A DNA stretch of 62,993 nucleotides, filler included, from Reticulomyxa filosa (lineage: Eukaryota > Protista > Foraminifera): NCBI GenBank assembly GCA_000512085.1. It is 17 parts of 17 records of this genome, joined end to end, with 100 filler letters (N's around TTAATTAATTAA, not from the genome) between each part and the next. Parts side by side here need not be neighbours in the genome. Positions count along the whole stretch, not along the records: positions 47,449 to 53,884 come from ASPP01023546.1; positions 53,985 to 55,634 come from ASPP01022615.1; positions 55,735 to 57,264 come from ASPP01009332.1; positions 57,365 to 60,186 come from ASPP01043038.1; positions 60,287 to 61,384 come from ASPP01000579.1; 12 more parts are not named here. One strand, 5' to 3'. The notes beneath the pieces are model-generated. The model saw only the letters and a program-made list of their open reading frames with translations. It was not told the origin of the DNA and made no database searches. Positions 48,825 to 61,484 of the stretch are shown piece by piece (within the stretch, counting starts at the first letter, position 1; every line of letters starts with the position of its first letter). The position numbers and the translations under genes are program-made.

Positions 48825-51800
48825 ATGGCAGCTCCAAAGTTGACCTTCGATCTATATCTTTGTTGATTTTGTGTTCCTTACGAATAGAAAAGGATAAAAC
48901 GCAGCAAACACGTAAACAACAAAAAGTGACACAAGTGATATTTTATCGTTTTTGGAAACATCTTGCTATCTCAGCGACGAGAACTCTTTCAACTTGATTG
49001 ACTTGCCAAGCGATAATCCCGATGACGACAACAATGAATTTATTTCGAGTTTTCACGAAGTAGGTCAACAAGACGCACCAAAAGGCATTGTATCAGAAGT
49101 CTCAAATCCTTTCCCTGTCCTGTTGGTGCAGACAGAGAGTAACAGAGGCATCCCAAGCGTGAATCCCAACAACATGTTTCGAGAAAAAAAAGAGGTTAAT
49201 AATCTTTTTTTTAAAATTTCCCTTGCATTCTTTTCCCAAGCCCTCTTAGTCTTTTGCTCTATGGACCATGTCACATACGTGTGTCGAGATGATAGTTGCT
49301 AGTGACTGCTTTAACAAAAAAAAAAACAACGTATACGTGCTATGAACAAATAATAATCATAAAAAAATGTGACTTGAATATTGAACAAGATGGAAACACG
49401 TGACGAGGACAAAACAAACTGGAACCCGAAACATTGGCCACTGTCAACAAGGAGCAGGAGTGATTTTGAGCAAAGAACTTTCCAAGAACCTCGAGAATTT
49501 TCCTTGCAACAAAGGTCTTCCTTGGTGTTTCCAGTACAACCAGTTGCAAGACATCAAACCCGGACCTCACATGAATTGCCTCATTACAAGCCTTCAAGAC
49601 GTGCTCTTCAACCCCCAAGTTTATACCAAACAATAATTAAAAAAACCTCTTGCATCACCCCTTTTTTTTCCTCCTCCCCCCTTCTCCCCCTCCCTTCTTT
49701 TCATTGAAGTACACATTAAAGGCGCGTACTAATTGTTTGTTCTTATTAATATGTATCACAAAAAAAAAAAAAAAAGCTATACAAAGGAGAAGAGACTTGG
49801 AGCTAGAAATTTCCCCCCACTTAATGGCAGAAGTACCATATAACGAAGAGACGGACACGAGGAAGCGAGAACATCTACGACGCTTACCTGCACACTTGGG
49901 TCATTCCCGTGCTGCTCTTGGGTATGTTTGCCTTATGACAAGAGAAAAGGGACACTAGACCCAGGATAGAGATATAACTGTAACAAAATCAATTTTAATA
50001 GGAGAAGTGGCAGTGTACCTCGTCGTGCTCATCAACGGCCTCCTGTGCAACGTATGTTACCGGGAGCATATGTTCATTTGCAGACCCAAGTTGATCCTAA
50101 TGCACCGCTCGAGAGTCGCCAAGTGCCGTTGTCATTTACTTCTCGATCTCGCGAAAGGCTCACACAGCAACGAATAGCATCAGCAGGCGTTGCTGCTGTT
50201 GGTAGGGCAAGATCGCCGTTGTATGTACCAGTTTCCAATGTTTATGGTGGACACGTGTTGGACATTCCAGCGCAACGGAAACGACAAGAAGTGCTATCTC
50301 GGCAATATCATGAACCGCAAGTGCAACCAGAGCAGCAACAAAGCTACCTCGCTTCTTCCAATCCGAGACAGTTGTATGCCAAGCGTGTTACGCAGATGCA
50401 ACAAGAACGCCCTGTGGTGTTGCCATCATTACAACCGCCACGTCCTTCTGGTCGCTCTGCTGCGCAACTTGGAACACGTCCATATGTCCACCAGGATCTA
50501 CTTCGCGTACCCTCTTCCAAGATCAAACTCATTTGCCAAATTGTCCAGTTTCGGATACTTGTATTTTTGTAAATAATTGCGTATATGTATACTTTTTTTT
50601 TATACATATTTTTAATATTGTTATACGTATGTATGTATATTAATATATACATTTTTTTTTTTTTTTTTTTGGTGTGATATTTTTTATTTTTTGTAAGAAT
50701 GAGGCCGGGAATAACTCTGCAAACATTGTCAAGATTATATGAGCAACAGTTTGGTGAGGTCCTGCCAGTGGACACACAACTGTTAAATGCATTAGTGCAG
50801 TGTCCGCAATTGCTGTTGATGTCCCGCAAAGAGACAAACGAAATGGTGGTGTTTTATTGCAGTGAGCACATTTTGTATGTACTTTCCAATATCATAGAAA
50901 AAGCGCAATCGCAACAAAGACAGGGACGACGACGCTATGTCGAGAAGGAGAAGAACGAGGAAGATGACAATGACGATAATGTTGTGGCAGTGGAAAAATT
51001 AATCAAAGAATTGGAAATATATTGGAACGTGGATCTGGGACAAGTCAATGTTGTTGCCTTTCTGAAACAATGTAATGGCGTGGAAGTGCTGGAACGCAAC
51101 AGCAAAGGTGAGCTGTATAGGAATACAATGGTTCGATTGGTACCTGTTGATCAATGTACGGTATTGCTGAGCAATCTACCGCTCTCTGTCGACGAACCCG
51201 ATGTCCGAGCCGTTTTGCAGTTGTCCAATTCTCGTTGGGACAATCTCGCAATCCGCATGCGCAAGGACAAGCAATTTGCGCACGCGCGTATAGATTTTTT
51301 TTCACTGCGCGAAGCAGAAGCCGCCATGACTCTCATTAAAAAAAAATTTTATCACCCGCAAATTCGGGTAGAAATCGAGCGTTCTGCAAGTGCGCTTTTT
51401 TTAATAAAAAAAAATTTTATTGTTGTCTGTCGTACATAACAAATCAATAGAATAAATAAATTAAACCAAAAAAAAAAAAAATAGGACTCACAGTAGAAAA
51501 TGAAAACGCAAACAGGCCTCAGTTGCCAACAAGTGCAAGCTCTAATACAAGGAAAACCCAATGGGAACAGTCGTCATCCTTGGCCCGCACAGACGATGAC
51601 CGAATAAAAGAAGTGCAGGACGAAAAAGAAGAAGAAGAAGAAATAATGGAAGAGGAAGAAGAAGAAACAGAAGAAAAAACAGAAGCAAATGTGATAACAG
51701 AGCCAAAGGAAAAACATCCCCAAGAGCAAATGACGGCTACGGACATTGAGCAAATTACTGCAAATGTATACCGATTGATTGCAACCAATGATGGTCGATT

Positions 51801-53138
51801 GCTGATGTCACAAATTGCTTCCAAGTATAAAGACATGTTCAACACGCCATTGAACATTGGCGACGACTCAAAGTTTTTTGTTAAAATGGAAAGGCTGTTG
51901 TTATTGAATTGGGAAAATGAGTATGTTTTTGTTTTTTTTCTCACTTCTCAATATGCGTTTTACATTTTGTTTTTTGACAATGTCGCGTTATTCGCCGTGT
52001 CCTGTTTCTTCATTTGATGATGATGTGGAAACAAAATGTTCAAATGATATAATGATGTGTTATTCGCCGCAGCCAATCCACAAACTTGTAATCTCGATTT
52101 TGAAAAACAATTCGAAGGACGCAGGGACGGGATTGCCAATGGCTGAGTTTCGAAAGCAATTGGAACAACAAATTGGCGTGAGTTTGGATGGATGCAATTT
52201 GAGTGATTTTTTGATACGTTGGCGTTTTTTGTCAGTGCATGAAAATGCTGATGGCACAAAATCCTTGTTCTTCACGCCTCACAGTGGGTCTACTGTTTTC
52301 TTTGGAAATTTGAGTGAAGCTTGCACAAAACAGGATATCCAACATGACTTAGAAAAAGCGAATCGCGCATGGAAAAATTTGCCTGTTCGATTGAAAACGG
52401 GAAAGGGTTTTTGCTATGCTTTTGTGTTACGTTTCCTTTTTTAAATTTATTTTTTTTCCACCCGCAATTTCGTCTTATTTTTTCTTCTCTTTCCCTCCCT
52501 TGGGTTACCCTTTACTTTTGAATTAGAGATTTCCCAACCCGTGGTGACGCAAGACGTGCGGTAAGGCTATTTGATGATAAAGCTGTATTTAAGTCGACCA
52601 GTATATCAGCAGATATTGAGGCAATCGGCCAAAGAAAACGACCTCACGGCAATACTGACCTTGCACGATCTACGTATTGGAACATGGCAAACACTGCGAG
52701 AGCTTTCTATGGATCGAGTAGCAGCGGACCACATGCTTCCCCGTCCACTCAGGAGACCAAGAGCAAACATGTTAAAAACACTTGGTCCGATGGTAAGGTC
52801 ACCGTGTATTTGGGGAATCTGAGGCAGACTGTTACCAAACAACAAATATCTACTGCTTTGGCTTATGTTCGTCCACAGTGGGACACACTGCCAATACGCT
52901 TAAATGTTAGACGTGGCTGGACTCATGCTTTCATTGGTTTGCTTTATTTTTATTTTTTTGTATAGCTTTGAAAGGTAAAAACACAAATTTGTTATGAGAA
53001 AAAAACTGCGAGATCCATCTTTTTTTTTTGTGCTCAGATTTTGACCAGAAGAAAGAGGCCAAACTATTGATTGCACGTTGGCATAACAAGCCGCATCAAT
53101 TGAGTGCTAGCCGTTTGCGCTGTGAATTATCGAAATGA
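48825..53138 (+). CDS. Multi-LOTUS (OST-HTH) and multi-RRM RNA-binding protein, ~9 exons
   Basis: LOTUS-like units ICQIVQMRPGITLQTLSRLYEQQFGEVL, VYRLIATNDGRLLMSQIASKYKDMFNTPL and VISILKNN..GLPMAEFRKQLEQQIGVSL. RRMs TVLLSNLP..HARIDF, TVFFGNL..GFCYAFV|DF and TVYLGNL..HAFI|DF. Stop TGA at 53136-53138. Confidence 0.72.
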
Positions 53139-53984
53139 TCAGTTTTATTATGTGTTTTATCGATTATTTTTCTGTACTTTTACTTGGTGCATATCCTCGA
53201 AAAGCAAGCACATTGCGACTGTGTTTGCAATTTGATGGATTTACGGGTTTTTTTCTTGCACCATAAGCTTTCTTTCTATTTTTATTATTGTTTTATGCGT
53301 TTATTTTTTTTGTACGTACTTTTTTGATTTTTTTACTTATTTTGCTTGTTTTTTTTCTGTCAACGGGAGTATAACTTTTTTTTTTGGTTTTTATAAGATC
53401 GAGTAGATACACTTTTGAGATAATTCATAATAAAAGATCTTGATGATATCTATAACTTATCTTTCTACAGCAAAACAAAGGCGTTCAGTTTTGGGAGAGC
53501 ATTTTTTACGAAAGTAAAACAAACAGCAAAAAAAAAATGTAACACCTTGTTGCAAAAGCATATATTAACGAATTCCTTTGCTGATTTTTTTGAAAAAATT
53601 AAAGCATCGTACACTCTGGTTTGCGGAAGCCAAAAATAAAAAATCTTTGCATTGCAATCATCCGTTTGTCAATATATTCTGTCAGAAATTCAGATCATTT
53701 ATCACAAGTTCTGAAGTTTTTGTTGTTTATATGCAATGTTTTTTTATTGGAAATTTTTGCAAGTATTTTATATTGTTTTCTGACGTACAAAAGATGTTGT
53801 CACAAAAACTAAAACTTCTTTTTTGAAATTTGTATTCTTTAAAAATTTATCTTTCAAAAAAATTTAGTAAAAAAAAAAAAAAAANNNNNNNNNNNNNNNN
53901 NNNNNNNNNNNNNNNNNNNNNNNNNNNNTTAATTAATTAANNNNNNNNNNNNNNNNNNNNNNNNNNNNNNNNNNNNNNNNNNNN

Positions 53985-55288
53985 TATGCAGCAGCAGCAG
54001 CAGCAGCACTAGCAATAATAATAATAATAATAATAATAATCATCATCATCATAATAACAATGCAAACAACAACAGCAATACTGGTGCAAAAGGCGTGGGT
54101 GGTCACAGCACTAACAGCTGCACAAATATTGGCATAAATGGAAGTGGCAACTACGGCATTGGCATGGACAATCGCTGGGACATTTGCATGCAGGCGCTGA
54201 TTTGCCATATCAATGGCATCAATCATGTGTCCAAAATTGCAGAGTTGCTGCATGCCGACATGCATTTGCTGAAGGAATTGCTGAAGCAGCTGATTTATTA
54301 TAAAATCATTGTATTAATTGACTCGTTTCAATTTTCCAATCGTTATATGTGCACGCAGCAAACGTGCAAGATATTACATGACAAACATATCCAAAAGTCT
54401 TTGTTATCTTTTGTCTGGATCAAAAATCATCCTCGCAAAACTCCAAGTCATAACCATAGTGGCAATACCAACGAAAGTGATAATGAAAAAGAAGAAGAAG
54501 AAGAAGAAGAGGATTATGAAATGATGGACCTCGATTCCATCATTTCGTCAATTTATCTTTTGTATTGCTGTTTCAATAAAGACAAAACATGCAAGGATAT
54601 CATTCTTTACTTGCAAAATGAAAAAGAGGATAGGTATCAATCCTCCAGCATTGTTCAAGATGTGCAAAATTTTCGAGATGGCCAGAATTCCAAGTCGCAA
54701 CATCAAATGCTACGCTCATTGTTGCAGCGCGTGGATTTTCGTAAGTTGGTCATCTTTGGTATGGTCAATCATTTGCTTCGTCGAGTGTATGGTTTTCCAA
54801 TTCTAGCCTCATCGACGAGCTTGAATAGTGGAGATGTTGCAAACAAAAATGATGATCAATTCCTTTTTTGTGATGAAAGCTTGCCCATTCCACAATGGAA
54901 ATACCACAAACAAGAAAAATCCTTGCATGACAGCCATAGCAATCTCAAAAAACTACACAAGGAAAGCGAATCCAAAAATGCTTCCGGTGAGCTATTTTAT
55001 CCTACAACTGATATGATTTTGACACAGTCCACGCAAATACCTTTGAAAAGCCCATTCAAAAAAAAATGGGCACAAATTTCGTCATTGGACTTGAAAAAAA
55101 AAATGAAAATTGATAACCTTATAGATGATGATAACAACAATGACCAGGAAGTTGCGAAAATTGATGAAATTTTGAAACTCTGCAACGGTGCTCATTGCTT
55201 TGACGAAATCTGCTGTCGATTTCGTATGAGCCTGCAAGAACTTATGAACATTTTGCAATATCGTAATGTCGTTGTCTTATACCAATAG
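53985..55288 (+). CDS. NPRL2: NPRL2/Npr2 (GATOR1 subunit), C-terminal part
   Basis: WDICMQALICHINGINHVSKIA..QLIYYKIIVLIDSFQFSNRY, VDFRKLVIFGMVNHLLRRVYGFP and NGAHCFDEICC match recalled NPRL2 motifs. Confidence 0.9.
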
Positions 55289-55734
55289 GATCTCTATCTT
55301 TCAATTCGAATATTTCAATTTTATACTTTGTTTCATGTTAAAGCAAATTCGTAGTTAATGTTTTGAAAAAGAAGTGCAATGTTGTTTTTAGGACTCAAGC
55401 AAACTTTTCAGAACGTAAAGTTGTTGTCACCTTCTCTTTAACGCACACTCATCAAGTGCTTGTTTTGGGTTATATCAGTTTAATTGATAACTTGCAAAAT
55501 ATATTGCTACAATAGTTTCATAAAAAATGAATGGTCAGATTTTTTTTTTTCTCTGTCATCAATTGTCTGATTTACTATTTTCAAAGCTTGGCAAAAGGAT
55601 TTTTTAATTTCCAGATTGCTAAAGGAGTAGTCATNNNNNNNNNNNNNNNNNNNNNNNNNNNNNNNNNNNNNNNNNNNNTTAATTAATTAANNNNNNNNNN
55701 NNNNNNNNNNNNNNNNNNNNNNNNNNNNNNNNNN

Positions 55735-55775
<41 letters not shown>

Positions 55776-55787
55776 GAGAATGTGTTA

Positions 55788-57230
55788 CCAGTAGGAGTTG
55801 CATCAAAATAGGCGATGGGGGCACGTAAAACTTTGTCTAAGATATCTTTATGAATGTCATTGGATGCACGAATGCAAAAGAAGAAAACGGTAATTGCACG
55901 AATAATGGACACCCCCATAGCAGTGAAACAGCAGCAAAAAGCCCCCAACATCCACCATTTTTGATCCCACGACTCTCCATTGAAAAATGGACGATATCGC
56001 GTTGGGCTTTGTGCGGAAAGGCCATCATTGGTCGAGGCCCACCATGACAGCCACAAGTCACTGAACACAACAAAGAGTTGAGAACCAGCATTCACCACGA
56101 ATATCATTGCCAATAACCAATATCCATTGCCTTATTTGTATATATATGTATATGTTGTTCATGATTTGTTTAAAGATAAGTGGAATAAACGAACCTTGAG
56201 AAGCGGCGTCCAGGTATCGAATGAGTAATCCTCGTTTTAGATTCCCTCTTTTTCGATCTTCTTCCTTTGTAATTTTTTTAATCTGATCGTACTTTTCTCC
56301 AAGCAAGTGTTGTTTGGTCTGTCGAATTTGTGTGGTGCTCTTCCATTCATCATTACGAAGTGATCCAGTGGAATGACTACTCGATAAAGCAGATGGAGAT
56401 AACAATCCACTCTGCTCATCATTTTTTTCCTTCTTATTGTTTCTGGAGATTGCATTCAATTCGATTTCGCTGATGCTCTTGGTGTTCTCACTAGTTTCTT
56501 TGCTTTCGTCGTTATCCATGCCTTTGTCCTTATTTTCATTAGTGGTGATCTTTTGCACTGAACTGCGTGTATTCCAAGTGGCCATGCCCACATCCATTGG
56601 CTTGATATTCGAAGATGTCCTCCGCTCGTCTTGTTGAATCAATTGATCCAACAGCGATTTGTATTGCGTTTTCAATCGCTGCATATCATTGCGGGTGGCA
56701 TTGTCCACGATATAGCAATAGCCGTCGCGAGATTCCATGACAAGTATGCGATCAAAGTGTTCCAGGAACTCCAAATGACTATTCAGCACCACCAATCGAG
56801 TGATGTTATGTCTGTTTCCAATCTCTAAAATCCCTTTGGTGAAAATCACATTCGCAACGTCATTGTCCACAGCACTGAGAGGATCGTCGAAAAGCATAAG
56901 CGATGTTTGGTCGTAGCGATACAAAGCCCTTGCAATGCACACCCTTGCCTTTTGTCCGCCGCTCAAATTTATTCCCTTTTCGCCAATTTCAGTATCGTCG
57001 CCCGCGGGCAATAGCAGTAAATCACTGCGCAACGCACTGCAGTCAATGATTTCTTCGTATTTTTGCTCATTCCATTGCAATCGAATACAACATTTTCTTT
57101 CAAACTGCTATTGATTATGAAATGGTTTTGTCCGACATATGATATTGGAACACGGTCATTGTTGCGTTCTTTGGATTTTATTTTGAACCAGCAATTCGGT
57201 CCATTGTCAACAAAGTACGTCTCACCTATT
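55788..57230 (-). CDS. ABCC (MRP-type) ABC transporter, internal fragment (NBD1, linker, start of TMD2)
   Basis: ISYVGQ..INSSLKENVVF, LPAGDDTEIGEKGINLSGGQKARVCIARALY, FDDPLSAVD, SDLWLSWW and LRAPIAYFDATPTG. Two 1-nt frameshifts near 57082 and 57162. Confidence 0.92.
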
Positions 57231-57364
57231 CAAAGTGTTGTTTGGATGCAAAGGAGTTTGGATGNNNNNNNNNNNNNNNNNNNNNNNNNNNNNNNNNNNN
57301 NNNNNNNNTTAATTAATTAANNNNNNNNNNNNNNNNNNNNNNNNNNNNNNNNNNNNNNNNNNNN

Positions 57365-60055
57365 TAATATTTCAATTTGCAAATCCCAATGTTTGGGAAC
57401 TTCTTTTCACTCCTAATCCGAAGTACGGTGATTGTAAATGTGTTTGATGTGTTCTTGACGTTTCCACGTCACAATTAACATAAGATAGCGTGTGTTATCC
57501 TCCATGTTGTGACAATTAATGGAGCAACTTATCGACTTTTTTTCATTTTCTCCAAAGGCTTCATTGCGATAATGATTATCATATTTCACTTATTTATTTC
57601 AAATTTCCCAGCCTTAAAAAAACTTGAAGCATATTATCAATCATCATCTTGTTCTTTGCTCAGTTTTTATCGCATTTTTGTTTTTCCATCTTCCACACCA
57701 ATAATTTTTGTTTGATTTGGGTAAGATTAAAGCATCCACTCCACAGTTGTGTCAAGTAGTGCATGAGGACCAACCAATTTTCTACAATAATCCAATTTTC
57801 GTTAAGCCGATTTCTTTTCTTCTTGGTACTACGTAATATTTTTTCCCCCCTTTGCAATATATTATCAATGTTAACAGATAGTATTGTGTATAATCACAAT
57901 GAAGAAATGTATTAAAAAAAAATATTATCCACCACTGACCAATATCGGCTTAATTCAATGAACAATTCATCAAACTAATCATTACCAATATTTTTTGGTA
58001 ATGTAATTGGGGCACGTCGTTAGTGAGAAGCATGCTTAGTTGCATTAAATGTATCAAATTTTGTAGACGTATTGAAATAGTGTGAAGAAGCAATGACAGA
58101 GAATAAGACACATGAAATTGTTGTTGTTAAAGTTATTCTACAGATCGGGAGATTCTTTGATAATAAGTAAAGATTTACCAAACACACATATATTTAAACA
58201 TAGACTACAAACTTTCAAAACCAATTGATTTGGAGTGACATACAGTGTTTCAACACATTCATCAAAGTTTCATGTGAACACTGCGAGGAAAAGGACGAAG
58301 AGAGATGGCAAGAGTTTTAATTTCTTTTCAATCTGTCCTCTCGACAACTGTATCACTTTATATATAATTTTTTTTGTCTTTGATCAAATGTATCAACACC
58401 ATGCAAAGGGCATGTTTCAGTGGCCAACAACTTAATCTATATGTCTTCTTTTTCCATTACCGTCCGTCTAGATCATTCGTTTTTTATACGTTTGTCGGGA
58501 GTGTTGATCTGTGAATCGACTTGCTCTCTTTTTTTTTTTTTAGTTTCCCTCCACAGCGGCCATAACCCACGCCGCATATGGTAGTGTATCACATAGATGG
58601 GTATACGTGACTCACAATGTGGTCTGACACAATGTATATATTCAAATGGCAATAATATTCACTTATCCAACGTAAATAATACCGAGAATTCTTTGTATTT
58701 GTACATTTTCGCATCTTGGTCATTCCTATAGCAAAACAAAAGACGTATACATTGTGATGACAAAAAAAAATGGGTGAAAATAAAACAACTTTATATTTTT
58801 GAGAAAGTGTTTAACTCGTTGCTGTAAATCTCTTTGGAAGCATGTTGTGAGAGATCTTGCAATGCCAGTTATAACTAATCGGCCATCATGAAAAAAAGGG
58901 TGTTTCTTATGTGGTGTTTGGATGGCAAATTAGGATATATTCTATTATCACCTTGATATATTTGAACAGACTTTAGTTCGTCTTCATGGACGGGTTTCAG
59001 TTCCACCGACTTTCGTCGCTTATCACTTTTTACATTCTTTTGTTTGGTCATCATCTTGGTTTCATTGTACAACTTCTTCACAAACTCAAAGGGGACCAGC
59101 AAGCTTCTTCCCTCAGATGCTACAAAGTATTGCGTATCATCAGTAGTTCGTTGTGATCGTTAGGCGACCAATTATCCAACAAAATACGAAAGACTTCTCG
59201 GTCGTCAAAGCTGAACGACCCCACAAACACAACCTTGCCAATGTCGCCTGTGTCGAGAATGACTCTATCACCGGCTTTCACGGCCGGGGCTTTTTGCGTC
59301 GCAGGTGGCATATTCTCTCCAGTGTCAATATATTTTACAACGCTGGTATCTCCTTCTGCCAACATGATGTGATTTCCAACATTCAAGTGGATGTCGCGCT
59401 TGACGCTATTGGTCTGCGGCACCATGTTGAAATGTCATAGTACTTGATCTTTACAAACTCGCCTTCACTTAAATCGTCGTTATATGACTTTGGTACCTAA
59501 ATTTTCAATTACTTGAGATCAATAAACAAATACTCCTCTATTGGAATTTACATCCTTAGAATGTGTCCCGACCATAGCATTGGCATCCCACTCATTAGTT
59601 CCACTCAAGAGAGTCTTTGTTGGTCTCTATCAATTCCATCAAAGGACCCCATGTAGTAGACGATTCTGGTCTCGGGCTGCTTCACCATCAGCATTTCTGC
59701 ATGCTTTTTCACTATTGAGTTCACGTATCTTTTTTCATTCAATCATTAAATAAGAAAATGCCTTGTCAATACGTCTTACATTCAAAATAAAACAAAAACT
59801 TTTCAGCAGGGAAAATGTTTAGGAGAAAAGCTGAGACTGACCAATGGTTTTGTCTTTAAGCAAGACACAGTCGCTTACTTCAAACAAGACTTCTTCATTG
59901 TGACTGCCATTCTCCAGTTGTTTGACAATTGTTTTCCTTGTGACAAGCAAGCCATGGCCCTCTTTGATGGTGAAGTAGTTGTTATCATTGCCCAATTCGA
60001 TGCTCAAACAATCGTCTTTCCCAATGTATTTGATCACACTTGCAAAAAAGGTCAA
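57365..60055 (-). pseudogene. Degenerate multi-CAP-Gly gene remnant
   Basis: Several CAP-Gly-like starts (VIKYIG, VGNHIMLAEGDTSVVKYI, AGDRVILDTGDIGKVVFVG..ILLDNWSPNDHN, YFTIKEGHGLLV) broken by many stops and frameshifts. The portion below ~58800 is unassigned. Confidence 0.6.
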
Positions 60056-60694
60056 CAGATTGTTTTTTTAAGCTGTTAAAAATCAATACGCAACTCGACA
60101 AATTAAAAGTGAAAAAAAGGCCATGTGTACATGTACATTATGTATACATATGTATACATAATATGTACGTATGTTTTAAAAAAAAANNNNNNNNNNNNNN
60201 NNNNNNNNNNNNNNNNNNNNNNNNNNNNNNTTAATTAATTAANNNNNNNNNNNNNNNNNNNNNNNNNNNNNNNNNNNNNNNNNNNNCTCTTCATATAGTG
60301 CTATTTAGGTATGGCAGTTTTTTTTGCAATTTACTGTACAATTTGAAAAATTATTTTTTCAATATTTTTTAACACTTTGTTGACTTTCATTTGGCGCATA
60401 TAATAGCTTGAATTTGTTTTGGCATATATTCAATTAAAATTTTGCATATATCTTTTTCTACTTTTTCACATTTTTTTCAAATTTTTCAGTGGTTGTGTTA
60501 TTTTTATTTGATCGTATTTGTAAAATTTTACTCTGGTTATTGCCCAAAGATCATATGAATCTGTAGTGAACTTAATCAAGTTCGTTTTGTTCAATACGCT
60601 TATGTACTGCTTTGTATTTGTTGCGTTTTGTGTTATCTTGTAAAAATAATTAATTTTTATTATTGTATAAGCAATATGTAATCTTTTTAGCATT

Positions 60695-61186
60695 TCATAA
60701 TACAGAATGCAAAGTAAAGTTGACAGCTAAAATGGCATATTATAGAGATGATTGATTTTCAATTTTTAAAAAATATCTACAAATCGTGTATTTTTTAAAT
60801 ATTGTTTTCATTTTTTGTTAACTTTACTAATTATTCAATATTTTGTCCTTTATTTTTTTTTAGCTCAATATAGTTTGATATTTGTATTTTTTAATCATTT
60901 TTTTTTAAAATGATTCACATTTAGCACTTTCTGAAAATGCTTTAAAAAAAGTTGGCAAAGTTCATGGTTAAGACAAATTCACGATTGTAAAAAAGCAATA
61001 AAATATTCAAATTTTTAAAACAATTAGTAAATATTTAATAAAAATCCAAATGATATTTAAAAACTACACGATTTGTAGTATTTTTAAAAAATTATTTCTG
61101 AATGTTGTTTTTTCATGAAGAAAATCAATTATATCTATAATGTGCACTTTCATGTGTCATTTTACTTTGAATTCTACTGTATATTC
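60695..61186. repeat. Long diverged inverted repeat (foldback/MITE-like)
   Basis: Arms ~60695-60833 and ~61021-61186. Perfect 14-bp core ctacaaatcgtgta (60777-60790) vs tacacgatttgtag (61065-61078), plus further colinear matched blocks. Confidence 0.75.
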
Positions 61187-61344
61187 TATCATCTTCTTCG
61201 TTGTTTCCTTTGATTATATGTAATTCCTTTTTATAGTATCTAGTATCACAAAAACGAATTGTATTATCTCTAGATGCAGAATGTATTACATTTGAACTAC
61301 TACAGTAGGTTGCAAGAAAACTGAACGCCTAAAACATATCTTAT

Positions 61345-61384
61345 GATGATAATTGATTTTTCATTGAGAAAATCAATTATCATC
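61345..61384. repeat. Perfect 16-bp hairpin at contig end
   Basis: gatgataattgatttt - tcattgag - aaaatcaattatcatc. Confidence 0.9.
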
Positions 61385-61484
61385 NNNNNNNNNNNNNNNN
61401 NNNNNNNNNNNNNNNNNNNNNNNNNNNNTTAATTAATTAANNNNNNNNNNNNNNNNNNNNNNNNNNNNNNNNNNNNNNNNNNNN

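Noticed and set aside
51380-51484. GC-AG intron at TCT|gcaagt in the LOTUS-RRM gene
   Set aside because: The phase fits the canonical A|gtgcgc donor four bases downstream.
2272-61484. Regularly recurring TTAATTAATTAA flanked by Ns, as a CRISPR-like or biological repeat
   Set aside because: It is an identical 100-nt cassette with stops in all six frames, i.e. an artificial contig joiner.
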